64,000 nt of DNA. Origin: an uncultured Candidatus Saccharibacteria bacterium (lineage in GTDB: Bacteria; Patescibacteriota; Minisyncoccia; Phycocordibacterales; DATGWK01). The translations under genes were made by a program, and so were the position numbers. The stretch spans positions 3,228 through 67,227 of the forward strand of contig CAYRZH010000004.1 of NCBI GenBank assembly GCA_964428845.1, read 5' to 3'. The notes beneath the pieces were generated by a model. The model had not been told where the DNA came from. It did not search any database and saw nothing but the letters and a program-made list of their open reading frames with translations. The stretch's first letter is position 1, and every line of letters begins with the position of its first letter. Positions 48,611 to 58,093 of the stretch are shown in pieces.

Positions 48611-50875
48611 ATGAGCCAATTATTTGAACGTTTTTCATCAAAAGAAAACCTTAAGAAAGCTTTTTTATACCTTAGAGACGAGGCTAATGAGAGCTCGTTG
48701 CCCCTAGACCCAATTTGGAGACCCACTATAAGTGCTGTGGCGAATCTTGGTGATAAATTTTTTGAATCGCTACAAAATTACTTGCGGAATGAAAAATATA
48801 ATCCCGACAAAGCTAGCTATATCTATGCCGACAAAGATAATATGGGAGTGCGACCTGTTTGCGTATTTTCGGTAATAGACAGAATTATTTTCCAAGCATT
48901 ACTTAATCCGTGGGTTTTGGGGGATATTATTGATAAGAAGTTATGCAATGCCTGCTTTGGTAATCGTATTGCAGGAAATGAACTCTTTCTAAAAATATAC
49001 AAAAATCAATGGGCAGAATTTTGTGACAAACAAGTAGAGGCTTACAAAAAAGGATTGGTGTGGAGAGTGGAATTTGATATACAAACTTTTTATGAAAATA
49101 TACACATAGAAACTCTTTTAGAAACTATCAGAGAGGAGTTCGGGGTCAATGATTCTAATATTCTTGGGATTCTTGAACATCAATTAAGAACTTGGTCTGA
49201 AACTAGAACCATGTGCGGTATCCCCCAAGGACCCAGAGCCTCTCATATTTTAGCGAATGCATATCTATTTCCCCTAGATACTCTGATTGATAATCAAAAA
49301 GGAGATGGTGGGTTTGAATTTTTCCGTTATGCGGACGATATAGTAATAATGGCTAAGGATTCAGATAAAATTAATCGTATTGTTTCTGAAATTCAATTAT
49401 TTGTGAGGAAATTTAATTTGAAACTAAACGATAAAACAAGACTAGAGAAACTTAGGGATACCAAAAAGATAGAGGAGCTGAAATTCTATAATCCATACGG
49501 AGAAATCAATGAGACATCTAAACAAAAGGTTGAAAAAATAGGTAAAAAATTACCTAGCATATTTCGTAAGCTCAAAAGAGGAGAGGACTTGTTGAAAACT
49601 GAATTGAGCGGACTAAGATATTTTCTGAAAGCCAAGGGGGGCATTGAAAACTCAAAACTTCTTGATGAACTAATTTACCTAATACCCCGCAAACCATCTT
49701 TAGTAAATTTGATTTGCCAATATATAGGCTATTACTTCTCGGGTCAAAATGAAATCGAGGAAGGAGAGATTTCTTATGAGAAACCAACTAAGGAGCTCAA
49801 AGAAAAGTACGGAAAGGTGTGGAATATCTATGTTAATAATTCTCTTTCTGAGTGGGCCAAATTTTCCCTTTTGAAAGTCTTATCCGCCCCTTTGTTTGCA
49901 ATCTCACACAAGGGCTTTAGAAATGAAATCGATAAGATTGTTATTAGCCCCAAAACAAAATTCTTGAGACCGATAGCATTTTTTTACAAAGGGTATGTCA
50001 GAGATTTTTCTCTGGCCGAAGAAGCAAAAAAAGGTCATTCTTTGGATAAAATAGAATTAGGATTTAGTTTGGATGATATTAAAAGGCAGATAAGAAATTC
50101 TGAAACTGAATCCGAAAAAGCAACCTATTATTATTTTTCAGTTTACCTAAAAGGATACGAAGACAAAGACGTAATTAAGAATTTAGTGTATGAAGCTCTT
50201 ACTTCAGAATCCCTAGAGATACAAACGATTGGCATCTTTCTTGTGGAAAAACTCTACCGAGTTCCAGTTCCAGTATTGGTAAAAAGACACCCCCATACCC
50301 TAGAAGGAAAAAATCTGAAAATAAATATGAAGCATACCGATGCTTGGGATATTGATTTATCAGAAAAGAATATAGCAAGTCTAGTTAGGTTATATTTCAA
50401 GCTTTCACCACCAACCAAGCCATCTTCAAAAATTAAAGATGACTTTCTTACATCTGAAGGAAAAATTGCTCCAAACAAACTTAATCAATCATTCGGTATT
50501 CCTATTCCATTACCAGTTAGAATCGTGAAATCTACCAGCGAAAAAAAGAAAACAAAATCTTCTACAAAACTTTTTCTAAATCAAACTGGAGATTTATGGA
50601 GAGACCCTAAAGAAAAATACTGTTATGGAATGGGAGAAAAAAGTGATAGACATAAAACTGTCCGTTACCTTTTTCAGAATAAGGGCTACTCTGACACATC
50701 AGTAATTTCGTCCCAATTTGAAAGTAAGAGCAAAAAATCAATACGAACAGAAATAGGTAAGTTAAATAAAAAAATTACAGGTTCATTAAAACTGAAATCA
50801 AAAGTAATTCAAGGTAGAAAAGAGAGTGGATACAGAATCAATCCTGTATACTCAATTTCTATAAAAAAAGAGTGA
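48611..50875 (+). CDS. reverse transcriptase with a ~450-aa C-terminal extension (defence-associated RT of unassigned group; Abi/DRT/UG-like)
   Basis: RT motifs: VRPVCVFSVIDRIIFQALL (motifs 1/2), EFDIQTFYENI (A), IPQGPRASHILANAYLFPLD (B'), FFRYADDIVIM (C), FNLKLNDKTRL (D/E). No msr/msd-like inverted repeats upstream. The C-terminal half has no recognisable domain. Confidence 0.75.
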   Translation: MSQLFERFSSKENLKKAFLYLRDEANESSLPLDPIWRPTISAVANLGDKFFESLQNYLRNEKYNPDKASYIYADKDNMGVRPVCVFSVIDRIIFQALLNPWVLGDIIDKKLCNACFGNRIAGNELFLKIYKNQWAEFCDKQVEAYKKGLVWRVEFDIQTFYENIHIETLLETIREEFGVNDSNILGILEHQLRTWSETRTMCGIPQGPRASHILANAYLFPLDTLIDNQKGDGGFEFFRYADDIVIMAKDSDKINRIVSEIQLFVRKFNLKLNDKTRLEKLRDTKKIEELKFYNPYGEINETSKQKVEKIGKKLPSIFRKLKRGEDLLKTELSGLRYFLKAKGGIENSKLLDELIYLIPRKPSLVNLICQYIGYYFSGQNEIEEGEISYEKPTKELKEKYGKVWNIYVNNSLSEWAKFSLLKVLSAPLFAISHKGFRNEIDKIVISPKTKFLRPIAFFYKGYVRDFSLAEEAKKGHSLDKIELGFSLDDIKRQIRNSETESEKATYYYFSVYLKGYEDKDVIKNLVYEALTSESLEIQTIGIFLVEKLYRVPVPVLVKRHPHTLEGKNLKINMKHTDAWDIDLSEKNIASLVRLYFKLSPPTKPSSKIKDDFLTSEGKIAPNKLNQSFGIPIPLPVRIVKSTSEKKKTKSSTKLFLNQTGDLWRDPKEKYCYGMGEKSDRHKTVRYLFQNKGYSDTSVISSQFESKSKKSIRTEIGKLNKKITGSLKLKSKVIQGRKESGYRINPVYSISIKKE

Positions 50876-51027
50876 TACTCCACTGATAATGTTCATAAGT
50901 TATAAGAGAAACGGCTAACTTTAGCTGTTTTTTATTTTTTTAATTGTAGCAAGGACGTATGTAAAGCGTACCGCCTTATTTTCTATTCTTAACACAGGTC
51001 AACAATTATTAATCGACCAAAATTACA

Positions 51028-51327
51028 ATGACAAACAAAAAAACAAACGGGCCAACAGCATCAGAGGAATACGAAATTATACCCCTTGATGATAGTTCCA
51101 ACTTTTTTTATTCGTTTGATTTGGGACTTGCAACTGCACTGATAACAGTGGGGTTTTCGCTTGTCTCACTAGACCGCCAAAATTTACGCAAAGTTCAATT
51201 TGTCTTCCGCCGTGGAGACGGAATGGACGAGGTTGTTGATGCGTACTGGGCCGATAGTCTTGAGGTAAAGGCTAGAAAATACTTTGATGCCCTCAAGATG
51301 TTAAAAAACCGCTTATATAGCGAATAA
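51028..51327 (+). CDS. hypothetical protein
   Basis: 99-aa ORF in the mobile-element cargo region. Confidence 0.35.
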   Translation: MTNKKTNGPTASEEYEIIPLDDSSNFFYSFDLGLATALITVGFSLVSLDRQNLRKVQFVFRRGDGMDEVVDAYWADSLEVKARKYFDALKMLKNRLYSE

Positions 51328-51330
51328 TTT

Positions 51331-51528
51331 ATGGTTTTGTCGGACCAAGACATTCTAAAGTTCCAAGCTCTCTATAAAAGCGAGTTCGGAATGGAAATCA
51401 ACAAAGAAGATGCCTATGAGAAAGGCATCAAACTCTTGCGACTGATGTCAATTGTCTGCAAACCAATAGCACAGAAGGAGTTTGACCATACCCAGATACG
51501 TGAACAGGAAATAAAACCATTACCATAA
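51331..51528 (+). CDS. hypothetical small protein
   Basis: 65-aa ORF, 3 nt after the previous gene. Confidence 0.3.
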   Translation: MVLSDQDILKFQALYKSEFGMEINKEDAYEKGIKLLRLMSIVCKPIAQKEFDHTQIREQEIKPLP

Positions 51529-51538
51529 AAATAAAAAT

Positions 51539-53737
51539 ATGAATTTATCAAACATTACGATTAGAGAATACTTAACCGAGAAAGGTATACCTTTCCGTGA
51601 GAGCGGCAGAGAAATTATTACCAAGTGCCTTTTTAACGATTGCGACAGAGACAGCAAAGGCGATGAAGCTCACCTTTATTTCAGTACAGAGACAGGACAA
51701 TATGACTGTAAGAAGTGTGGCGAGAAAGGCAACCTTTTCACACTTGCAAAACATCTTGGCGATACTGGTCCGAAGGCACGCAAAGCAAATGCTTTTAATG
51801 CCGAGCTCGTGGAGAAATGTCACCTTGCCCTGCCATCTTATATCCGAGAGTACCTGCACAAACGAGGACTTACAGATGCCGTTATAGACCAATGCAAGCT
51901 TGGCTATGGGCAGTTCTACCGCAAGCCGTGGATTACTATCCCTATCAAGGACATATACGGCAACTATTCATTTTTCAAATTGAGACAGGACCCTGCGTTT
52001 GGTAATGATAAAATCACATACCCGAAAGGAGCCGAGGCCCAGCTCTACGACTGGGATGCCTTGAAAAGCCCTGATAGCAGGCTTATCGTTTGCGAGGGCG
52101 AGCTGGACCGATTACTTCTCCTCTCAAAAGGCGTGCCAGCGATAACATCTACACACGGAGCGATGACATTCAAGGATGAGTGGGTAGAAAAGGTAGGAAA
52201 AGGTAGGAAAATCTATATCTGTTATGACAACGATGACACTGGTAAAAAGGGGTCTGAAAGAGTAGCAAAAATGGTGGAAAAAGGTGGGTGTGAGACATAT
52301 ATCATTACCCTTCCAATAGAGGTTGGTGAAGCGGGCGACATCACAGATTATTTTGTAAAACTGGGAGGGTCCGTAGATGATTTGTTTGCCAGATATGCAA
52401 AGCCCTATCCCGAGCGAATTGATACCACCCAATTTTCTCAAATGATTTCGGCACAACTCCTAGATACGCTTGGGCTTACCATCAAATATGATGCCGAAAA
52501 CAAGTTGGCAACATTCCTATGCGAACTCTCCGCCTATACTGAAAGCTCACAATTCAATATCAGTTATAATGCACCTTCTTCAACTGGGAAAAGTTATATT
52601 CCTACCGAAATTGCTCGACTGTTTCCACAAGACGATGTTATGGAGATTGCCTATTGTTCACCCACGGCTTTTTTCCACGATGTTGGGCAGTATGATAAAG
52701 AAAAAAATCAACAACTTGTAGACCTCTCACACAAGATACTCATTTTCTTGGACCAACCACACACCGAGCTCCTTACCCGTCTCCGACCACTTCTTTCCCA
52801 CGACAAAAAGGAAATTGCCATAAAAATTACAGATAAAACCCAGAAGAATGGAACCAAGACAAAGAACATACTACTCCGTGGCTATCCGTCAGTCATTTTC
52901 TGCACGGCAGGTCTTCGCATTGATGAGCAAGAAGCAACACGGTTTTTACTCCTTTCGCCCGAGGTGAATCAGGAAAAAATACAGCAAGGTATCAGTGCTA
53001 CCATACGCAAGGAAGCAGATAGTGAGAATTTTGTGAGTTGGCTTGAAGAAAATCCAAACCGAATACTCCTCAAAGAACGTATCCGTGCCATCAAGTTAGA
53101 GAATATAAAGGAGATAAATATCGCATCGCCAGAAAAAATTGAGGAGAGATTTTTGGAGAAAAATAAGACACTTAAGCCACGACACCAGCGAGACATCAAA
53201 CGCCTTCTGTCGCTCATCAAATCCCTTGCCCTGCTCAATGTTTGGTGGCGAGATAGGAGCGGATCTACCATTACCGCAAACGAGGACGATGTCAACGAGG
53301 CGTTTAAGCTCTGGGATAAGATTTCTGTCAGCCAAGAGCTGAACCTGCCACCTTATATCTACAATCTTTATAAAGAGGTCATTTTGCCAGCGTGGGAAAT
53401 GAAAAACGACAGTTCTGGAAAACTTGAAAAAGAATACTTCGGCAAGCTCGGTCTTTCCCGACAAGAAGTTCTTGAGAAACACTTTGCAGTCTATGGCAGG
53501 ATGCTCGACACTCACCAGCTTCGCCAACAAATACTCCCAATGCTTGAAACAGCAGGGCTTATTGTGCAGGAGCAGGACCCAAGCGACAAACGCAAAATGA
53601 TGATTTTCCCTTCCTCCCTTTATCAACTCTCTGAAGTGAAGAGAAATAGTGAAACGGGCGGTGGGGTAAAAAACACAGAGCAAGAAAACAATAGTGAGAT
53701 GAGTGAGGGGAAAATTCCAGATTTAGGAGTTTCCTGA
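51539..53737 (+). CDS. phage/plasmid-type DNA primase (CHC2 zinc finger + TOPRIM) with a large C-terminal domain
   Basis: CHC2 zinc ribbon (CLFNDCDRD...CKKCGEKG), TOPRIM EGELD...DNDDTGKKG, and a ~400-aa C-terminal helical region. Confidence 0.75.
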   Translation: MNLSNITIREYLTEKGIPFRESGREIITKCLFNDCDRDSKGDEAHLYFSTETGQYDCKKCGEKGNLFTLAKHLGDTGPKARKANAFNAELVEKCHLALPSYIREYLHKRGLTDAVIDQCKLGYGQFYRKPWITIPIKDIYGNYSFFKLRQDPAFGNDKITYPKGAEAQLYDWDALKSPDSRLIVCEGELDRLLLLSKGVPAITSTHGAMTFKDEWVEKVGKGRKIYICYDNDDTGKKGSERVAKMVEKGGCETYIITLPIEVGEAGDITDYFVKLGGSVDDLFARYAKPYPERIDTTQFSQMISAQLLDTLGLTIKYDAENKLATFLCELSAYTESSQFNISYNAPSSTGKSYIPTEIARLFPQDDVMEIAYCSPTAFFHDVGQYDKEKNQQLVDLSHKILIFLDQPHTELLTRLRPLLSHDKKEIAIKITDKTQKNGTKTKNILLRGYPSVIFCTAGLRIDEQEATRFLLLSPEVNQEKIQQGISATIRKEADSENFVSWLEENPNRILLKERIRAIKLENIKEINIASPEKIEERFLEKNKTLKPRHQRDIKRLLSLIKSLALLNVWWRDRSGSTITANEDDVNEAFKLWDKISVSQELNLPPYIYNLYKEVILPAWEMKNDSSGKLEKEYFGKLGLSRQEVLEKHFAVYGRMLDTHQLRQQILPMLETAGLIVQEQDPSDKRKMMIFPSSLYQLSEVKRNSETGGGVKNTEQENNSEMSEGKIPDLGVS

Positions 53738-53793
53738 CACCATAAAAGGGTTGCTACATAACTGCTTATCAGTTAAATAACAGTATAAAAATT

Positions 53794-54372
53794 ATGAGCG
53801 AAACATCACAAAAACAAATTAAAGCTAATCAAGAAAATGGCAAGAAGGGCGGTGTGAAAACCGAGGAAGGCAAGGCTGTCAGCAAATACAACGCCATCAA
53901 ACACGGCATCTTGAAACAGGTTGTATCGGATTATGAGAAAGATTTTTACGATGGCATTGTTGAGCAACTTGAAGACCAGTTCCACCCAGTAGGTGTGTTT
54001 GAAGAAATACTCGTGGACCGCATTGGGATTTACTACCTCAAACTATATAGGGTTGGCAAAGCTGAAAACGAGTATATGCGAGCAATCTTAAACCCAAGAG
54101 TTACAAAGGTTGAGGACGAGATGGAGATGTATCTTTCAACCTCAAAAGTGGTGGTTGTGAATGAAGGGTACGTTCCCAAAATAGACAGTGACGATGTGGA
54201 GAAATTATCTGATGTTTATGCAAGATACGAAACCGCCATTGAGAACCGACTATACAAGGCACTGCATGAACTTCAGCGATTACAAGCATCAAGAAATGGT
54301 GAGAACGTCCCACCCCCGATTGCGTTAGATGTGAATGTGTCAGGAGAAAAAGAAAATGGGTTCGTTTCGTAA
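53794..54372 (+). CDS. hypothetical protein
   Basis: 192-aa ORF with compact spacing in the element. Confidence 0.35.
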   Translation: MSETSQKQIKANQENGKKGGVKTEEGKAVSKYNAIKHGILKQVVSDYEKDFYDGIVEQLEDQFHPVGVFEEILVDRIGIYYLKLYRVGKAENEYMRAILNPRVTKVEDEMEMYLSTSKVVVVNEGYVPKIDSDDVEKLSDVYARYETAIENRLYKALHELQRLQASRNGENVPPPIALDVNVSGEKENGFVS

Positions 54373-54499
54373 ATAACAGATACAAATACGGTGTATCGGT
54401 CTAATCCAGAAAAACATTAAAGTAAGCCATGGAAGTATATTTTTTAGAGTAAAATAAGGTAACAATCTCTAATGATTTCGGCGGATTTTAAATAAAATT

Positions 54500-55117
54500 A
54501 TGTCCAAAGCCATAGCAGAACAATCTAATTCCTTGAGTATCTTCTGGCTGAAGAAGCATGGTTATTTGCACAAAGATTATAGTTCTCGGTCTGGCGGTAT
54601 TACGTGGACCTATGGCTATAGTGAAAATAAAAGTAGCATAAATTTTACTGTTGGCAGGGATAACTGGGGCACTGTTGAAGAAAGAACGTACGTGAACCTA
54701 AAATATACACATACAAATCATTGGACAGAGGAGAAAAGTGAAATGAATTACAAAATTCCGCTTACCACCACTCCCTGCAGATATGGTGGTGTACGCTACT
54801 GGTTTATATGTCCCCTATTCAAAAATGGAAAATATTGTGGACGACGAGTGGGGGTTGTCTACAGTATTGGCAAGTGGTTCGGTTGTCGACATTGTGGAGA
54901 AATTGCATACGCCAAACAAATGGAGGGTGGGAAGTTCAGATGGAATGGAGTATCAATTCCAGACATAGAAAAGGCAGAAAAAGAGGTTAAGAGACTTTAC
55001 TACAACGGTAAACCTACCAGAAAATATAGGCGAGTGTTGAGACTAAACCAGAGGTTCGAAGATAGTTTTATTGGAATGATGGTGAAGTTAAATAGGCTTC
55101 ATGGTGCTAAAAAATAA
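54500..55117 (+). CDS. hypothetical Cys-rich (zinc-ribbon) protein
   Basis: CRYGG...CP...CGRR...CRHCGE spacing suggests a zinc ribbon. 205 aa. Confidence 0.35.
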   Translation: MSKAIAEQSNSLSIFWLKKHGYLHKDYSSRSGGITWTYGYSENKSSINFTVGRDNWGTVEERTYVNLKYTHTNHWTEEKSEMNYKIPLTTTPCRYGGVRYWFICPLFKNGKYCGRRVGVVYSIGKWFGCRHCGEIAYAKQMEGGKFRWNGVSIPDIEKAEKEVKRLYYNGKPTRKYRRVLRLNQRFEDSFIGMMVKLNRLHGAKK

Positions 55118-55281
55118 TGCTATAATGACCACGTTGACCCAGTTTAAGCAAGATAGTGTGCCAAAGGTTTTTTTATTGCAAAATGGAACCCGAGAGGGGC
55201 GTTCTGCCAGCCATTCTGCAATCCTTTGGATTACATTATCAAGCTGGGTCAACCAGAGCGTCCCTTTCGGGTTTTTATATG

Positions 55282-56928
55282 AATGACGATTACTCAAAAA
55301 TTAAATACTTCATTTACGCCAGAAAGTCTCAAGAAGGCGAAGAAAGGCAGGTTCAATCTATACCTGACCAACTAAGAGAAAATGAAGCTGTGGCAAAACG
55401 CTATAATATAAAGATAGTAGAAGCACTAACTGAAGAAGGCACAGCAAAGGAGCCGAACGTACGTCCTATCTTTGATAGTATGCTTGAGCGTATTAAAAAA
55501 GGTGAAGCAAATGGAATTATCTGTTGGAACCTTAATCGCCTCTCTAGAAACCCAGTAGATAGTGGAAAACTCCAGTGGATGCTTCAGCAAGGTTTGATTC
55601 AATCAATCTTAACGCCTTCAAGAGAATACAAACCAAATGATAATGCAATTATTTTTAGTGTAGAAAGCGGAGGTGCAAATCAATTTATTTTGGACCTAAA
55701 AGTGGGAGTGCGTCGTGGACTGAATAGTAAAGTTGCGAAAGGACAAGCCCCTATTCTTGCACCACTCGGATATTTAAACACTAAACACGAAGCTCGCGGT
55801 GAAAACTACATAATAAAAGACCCAGAGCGTTATGAGCTGGTCAAAAAAGCCTGGGACTTAATGCTTACAGGCGATTACTCTATACCTAAACTTTTGAAAA
55901 TAGTGAATGACGATTGGGGGTTGAGAACACGCAAAGGAAAACATCGCGGTGGAGGACCAGTTAATAAAAGCACTATGTATGGAATTTTTACGAATATATT
56001 CTATACAGGACTTTATCTATATAAAGGCCAAACAGAAAATGGAAAACACGACCCGATGATAACGGTTGATGAGTTTGATAGGATGCAATCAATACTTGGG
56101 AAATACGGTAGACCAAGAGCCAAAAGCCATATTTTTACTTACACTGGCGCAATGCTTTGTGGAGAATGTAGCAGTGCAATTACCGCTTGCACAAAAACTA
56201 AGTTAGTAAAAAATACAAACGAGCTGAAAGATTACACATTCTACTACTGCTCACATCGCAAGAAAGGAACTGAAAACTGTAGCCAAAGGTCATACATACC
56301 CCTGAAAGACATCGAAGATATGATAAAAGAAGAATTGGCAAAATATACTATTTCTGAAAAGTTCCGAGATTGGGCTTTGAAAATTTTAGAGGAAGAACAC
56401 GCCGAAGAAGCAAAGGAACGTGAAGCTATTTATAAATCGCAATTAAGCTCTCTTGAGGTTTTGCAAAGAGAACTTGATAGTCTAATAACAATGCGAATGC
56501 GTGAACTTATTGATGACGACCAATACACTTCAAGAAAAAAAGAGTTGACCGAGAAAATTGCTGTGATGAAACAAAAAACTTCTGAAACACAAAACAGAGC
56601 TCAAAAGTGGCTACAATACACTGAACAAACATTTAATTTTGCACATATGGCGAAAGCTAAGTTTGAGGACCCAGAAACTACCGTGGAAGACAAGAAGGGC
56701 ATCTTCACGGCACTTGGTTGGAACTACATCATAAAAGACAAGAAACTCTTTATTTCTCCGTGTGAATGGCTAGAACCAATAGCAAAAAAGAAAAATGCCA
56801 TTGAAAGTGAGATAAGTCGGTGTGAACTGGAAAATAACGAGGACCCACAAAGACAAAAGGAGGCTTTCGCCTCCCTTCGTCCAATCTTGCGCGGTCGACG
56901 GGACTTGAACCCGCAACCTCTCACGTGA
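55282..56928 (+). CDS. large serine recombinase (integrase) whose 3' end overlaps tRNA-Asp
   Basis: Resolvase catalytic domain IYARKSQEGEERQ.SIPDQ, then a recombinase domain, zinc ribbon (CGECSSAITAC...YYCSHRKKGTENC) and coiled coil. The last ~13 codons are encoded by the complement of the tRNA-Asp 3' half. The ORF-track start at 55156 lacks homology; MNDDYSK at 55282 is preferred. Confidence 0.75.
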   Translation, partial: NDDYSKIKYFIYARKSQEGEERQVQSIPDQLRENEAVAKRYNIKIVEALTEEGTAKEPNVRPIFDSMLERIKKGEANGIICWNLNRLSRNPVDSGKLQWMLQQGLIQSILTPSREYKPNDNAIIFSVESGGANQFILDLKVGVRRGLNSKVAKGQAPILAPLGYLNTKHEARGENYIIKDPERYELVKKAWDLMLTGDYSIPKLLKIVNDDWGLRTRKGKHRGGGPVNKSTMYGIFTNIFYTGLYLYKGQTENGKHDPMITVDEFDRMQSILGKYGRPRAKSHIFTYTGAMLCGECSSAITACTKTKLVKNTNELKDYTFYYCSHRKKGTENCSQRSYIPLKDIEDMIKEELAKYTISEKFRDWALKILEEEHAEEAKEREAIYKSQLSSLEVLQRELDSLITMRMRELIDDDQYTSRKKELTEKIAVMKQKTSETQNRAQKWLQYTEQTFNFAHMAKAKFEDPETTVEDKKGIFTALGWNYIIKDKKLFISPCEWLEPIAKKKNAIESEISRCELENNEDPQRQKEAFASLRPILRGRRDLNPQPLT

Positions 56929-56963
56929 CAGGCGAGTGCTCTAACCAGTTGAGCTACGACCGC
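56890..56963 (-). tRNA. tRNA-Asp (anticodon GUC)
   Basis: Manual fold: acceptor GCGGUCG/CGACCGC, anticodon loop CUGUCAC, T-loop UUCAAGU. Confidence 0.8.
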
Positions 56964-57026
56964 AATCGATACAATGTATCAAATTTTTCCTCCCCTATCA
57001 ATTTAGATTTGGTTTGCCGATTTTTT

Positions 57027-57047
57027 GTGTCGGGGGTGGGAATTGGC
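57027..57047. repeat. partial duplicate of the tRNA-Met 3' end (att-scar-like), with a second inverted fragment at ~57100-57125
   Basis: tgtcgggggtgggaattgg matches the tRNA-Met 3' end tgtcgggggtggggattga ~130 bp upstream. gtggggattgaaagg occurs in inverted orientation at 57100-57125. Confidence 0.4.
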
Positions 57048-57164
57048 GATTACATCGCCAGGCGCTTTTCGATCTCGCTCTCTACACTTCGCTCGATAAC
57101 GAAAAGCCTTTCAATCCCCACACGCGCGCAACTCAAGTTGCGCTCACCCCTCCATATTTCATAT

Positions 57165-57236
57165 GTCGGGGGTGGGGATTGAACCCACGACCCCGGGCTT
57201 ATGAGTCCCGTGCTCTACCAACTGAGCTACCCCGAC
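57165..57236 (-). tRNA. tRNA-Met or tRNA-Ile2 (anticodon CAU), elongator type (G1:C72 paired)
   Basis: Manual fold: acceptor GUCGGGG/CCCCGAC, anticodon loop CUCAUAA, T-loop UUCAAUC. Confidence 0.75.
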
Positions 57237-57389
57237 AATTTTTCAAATGCTACTTCCCAAAGGCTCTGGCGCCAAGCGCCAATTTCTAAATTATCCATAA
57301 AAATCGGCGAGGCGCAAACAAACACCACTTGCGCCCAAACAAAAAGCCCGGCGTTCTTAACGCGCGAGCCAGAAGTATCTCTACAAGTG

Positions 57390-57878
57390 TCAGGCTGCTA
57401 TGGGGGTCTTAGGTATCCCTCCCCCCATTGCGGCAAGGGCATCAGTAATTCGGTGTTCAGCCCAGACTTTCGTCATAAATGCCCGGACCTCATCCACAGG
57501 AACACCACCAACATCGACAATACAAGTAATCCGATTCTCACAGGGACCACCCATGAATTCAATCCGACCCTGATCGCCCTCTCCCCTCACTACAAAACCA
57601 ACAGGGACCCTCTTGAATTCAGCCGCAAGTTGGGCAAGGTTGAGCAACCCCTGTGGCACAAGGACTTTGTATATCCCATGGATAACTAGGCTGTAGAAAA
57701 GCCCTTTGTCGTAATCAAAAAGCGCCATCAAAACCCGCATAAAACTACGACTATCGGGAAGAGAGGGGAACACTTTCCCGAACTGCCTCAAGCGATCCTC
57801 GATTTCCACCTGGTCACTAATTATCTTCACAATCTCCATCCTGTCCTCCTTCACGTGAAAGGGGTGAACTATCCTCAC
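57390..57878 (-). CDS. hypothetical protein
   Basis: 162-aa ORF. No family recognised by eye. Confidence 0.4.
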   Translation of the reverse strand: MRIVHPFHVKEDRMEIVKIISDQVEIEDRLRQFGKVFPSLPDSRSFMRVLMALFDYDKGLFYSLVIHGIYKVLVPQGLLNLAQLAAEFKRVPVGFVVRGEGDQGRIEFMGGPCENRITCIVDVGGVPVDEVRAFMTKVWAEHRITDALAAMGGGIPKTPIAA

Positions 57879-57971
57879 ACCACCCTACCACTACCCCCCT
57901 AGCCTGTAAACCACAGCATCCACAAAAATTCGCCGGTTCAAATCCGGTTATTACACCCCCCAACCCCCAGG

Positions 57972-58078
57972 AGATCTTAATAAGTGCCCCGGCGAAGCCT
58001 TGCGAGCGCGACGGCGCGAGCACGAGGAATTTTTTAGCAAAAAAATATCCGTGCGAGACGGGGCACTTATTAAGATCT
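57972..58078 (-). repeat. copy 2 (E2) of the hairpin-nested ~70-nt element, immediately 3' of tRNA-fMet
   Basis: Host arms agatcttaataagtgccccg/cggggcacttattaagatct enclose cttgcgagcgcgacggcgcgagcacgaggaattttttagcaaaaaaatatccgtgcgag. This is ~95% identical to the E1 core, while the arms are unrelated to the E1 arms. Confidence 0.7.
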
Positions 58079-58093
58079 CTAGAACAATTCTTG

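Larger units (their letters stand above)
37381..56963. mobile_element. putative integrative defence island at tRNA-Asp (serine integrase, primase, type III R-M, RT, DGR, NYN pair); left boundary uncertain (about 36.8-41.5 kb)
   Basis: Integrase abuts and overlaps the tRNA-Asp 3' end. Cargo is replication and defence genes absent from the core-gene flanks (purA on the left, tRNA/gatCA/ligA on the right). No long direct repeat was found, as expected for a serine integrase. Confidence 0.45.

Noticed and set aside
48611-50875. Retron or group II intron interpretation of the 754-aa RT
   Set aside because: No flanking a1/a2 inverted repeats or msd-like stem upstream. No domain X/En or intron RNA domains V/VI. 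The upstream gene is an XRE regulator.
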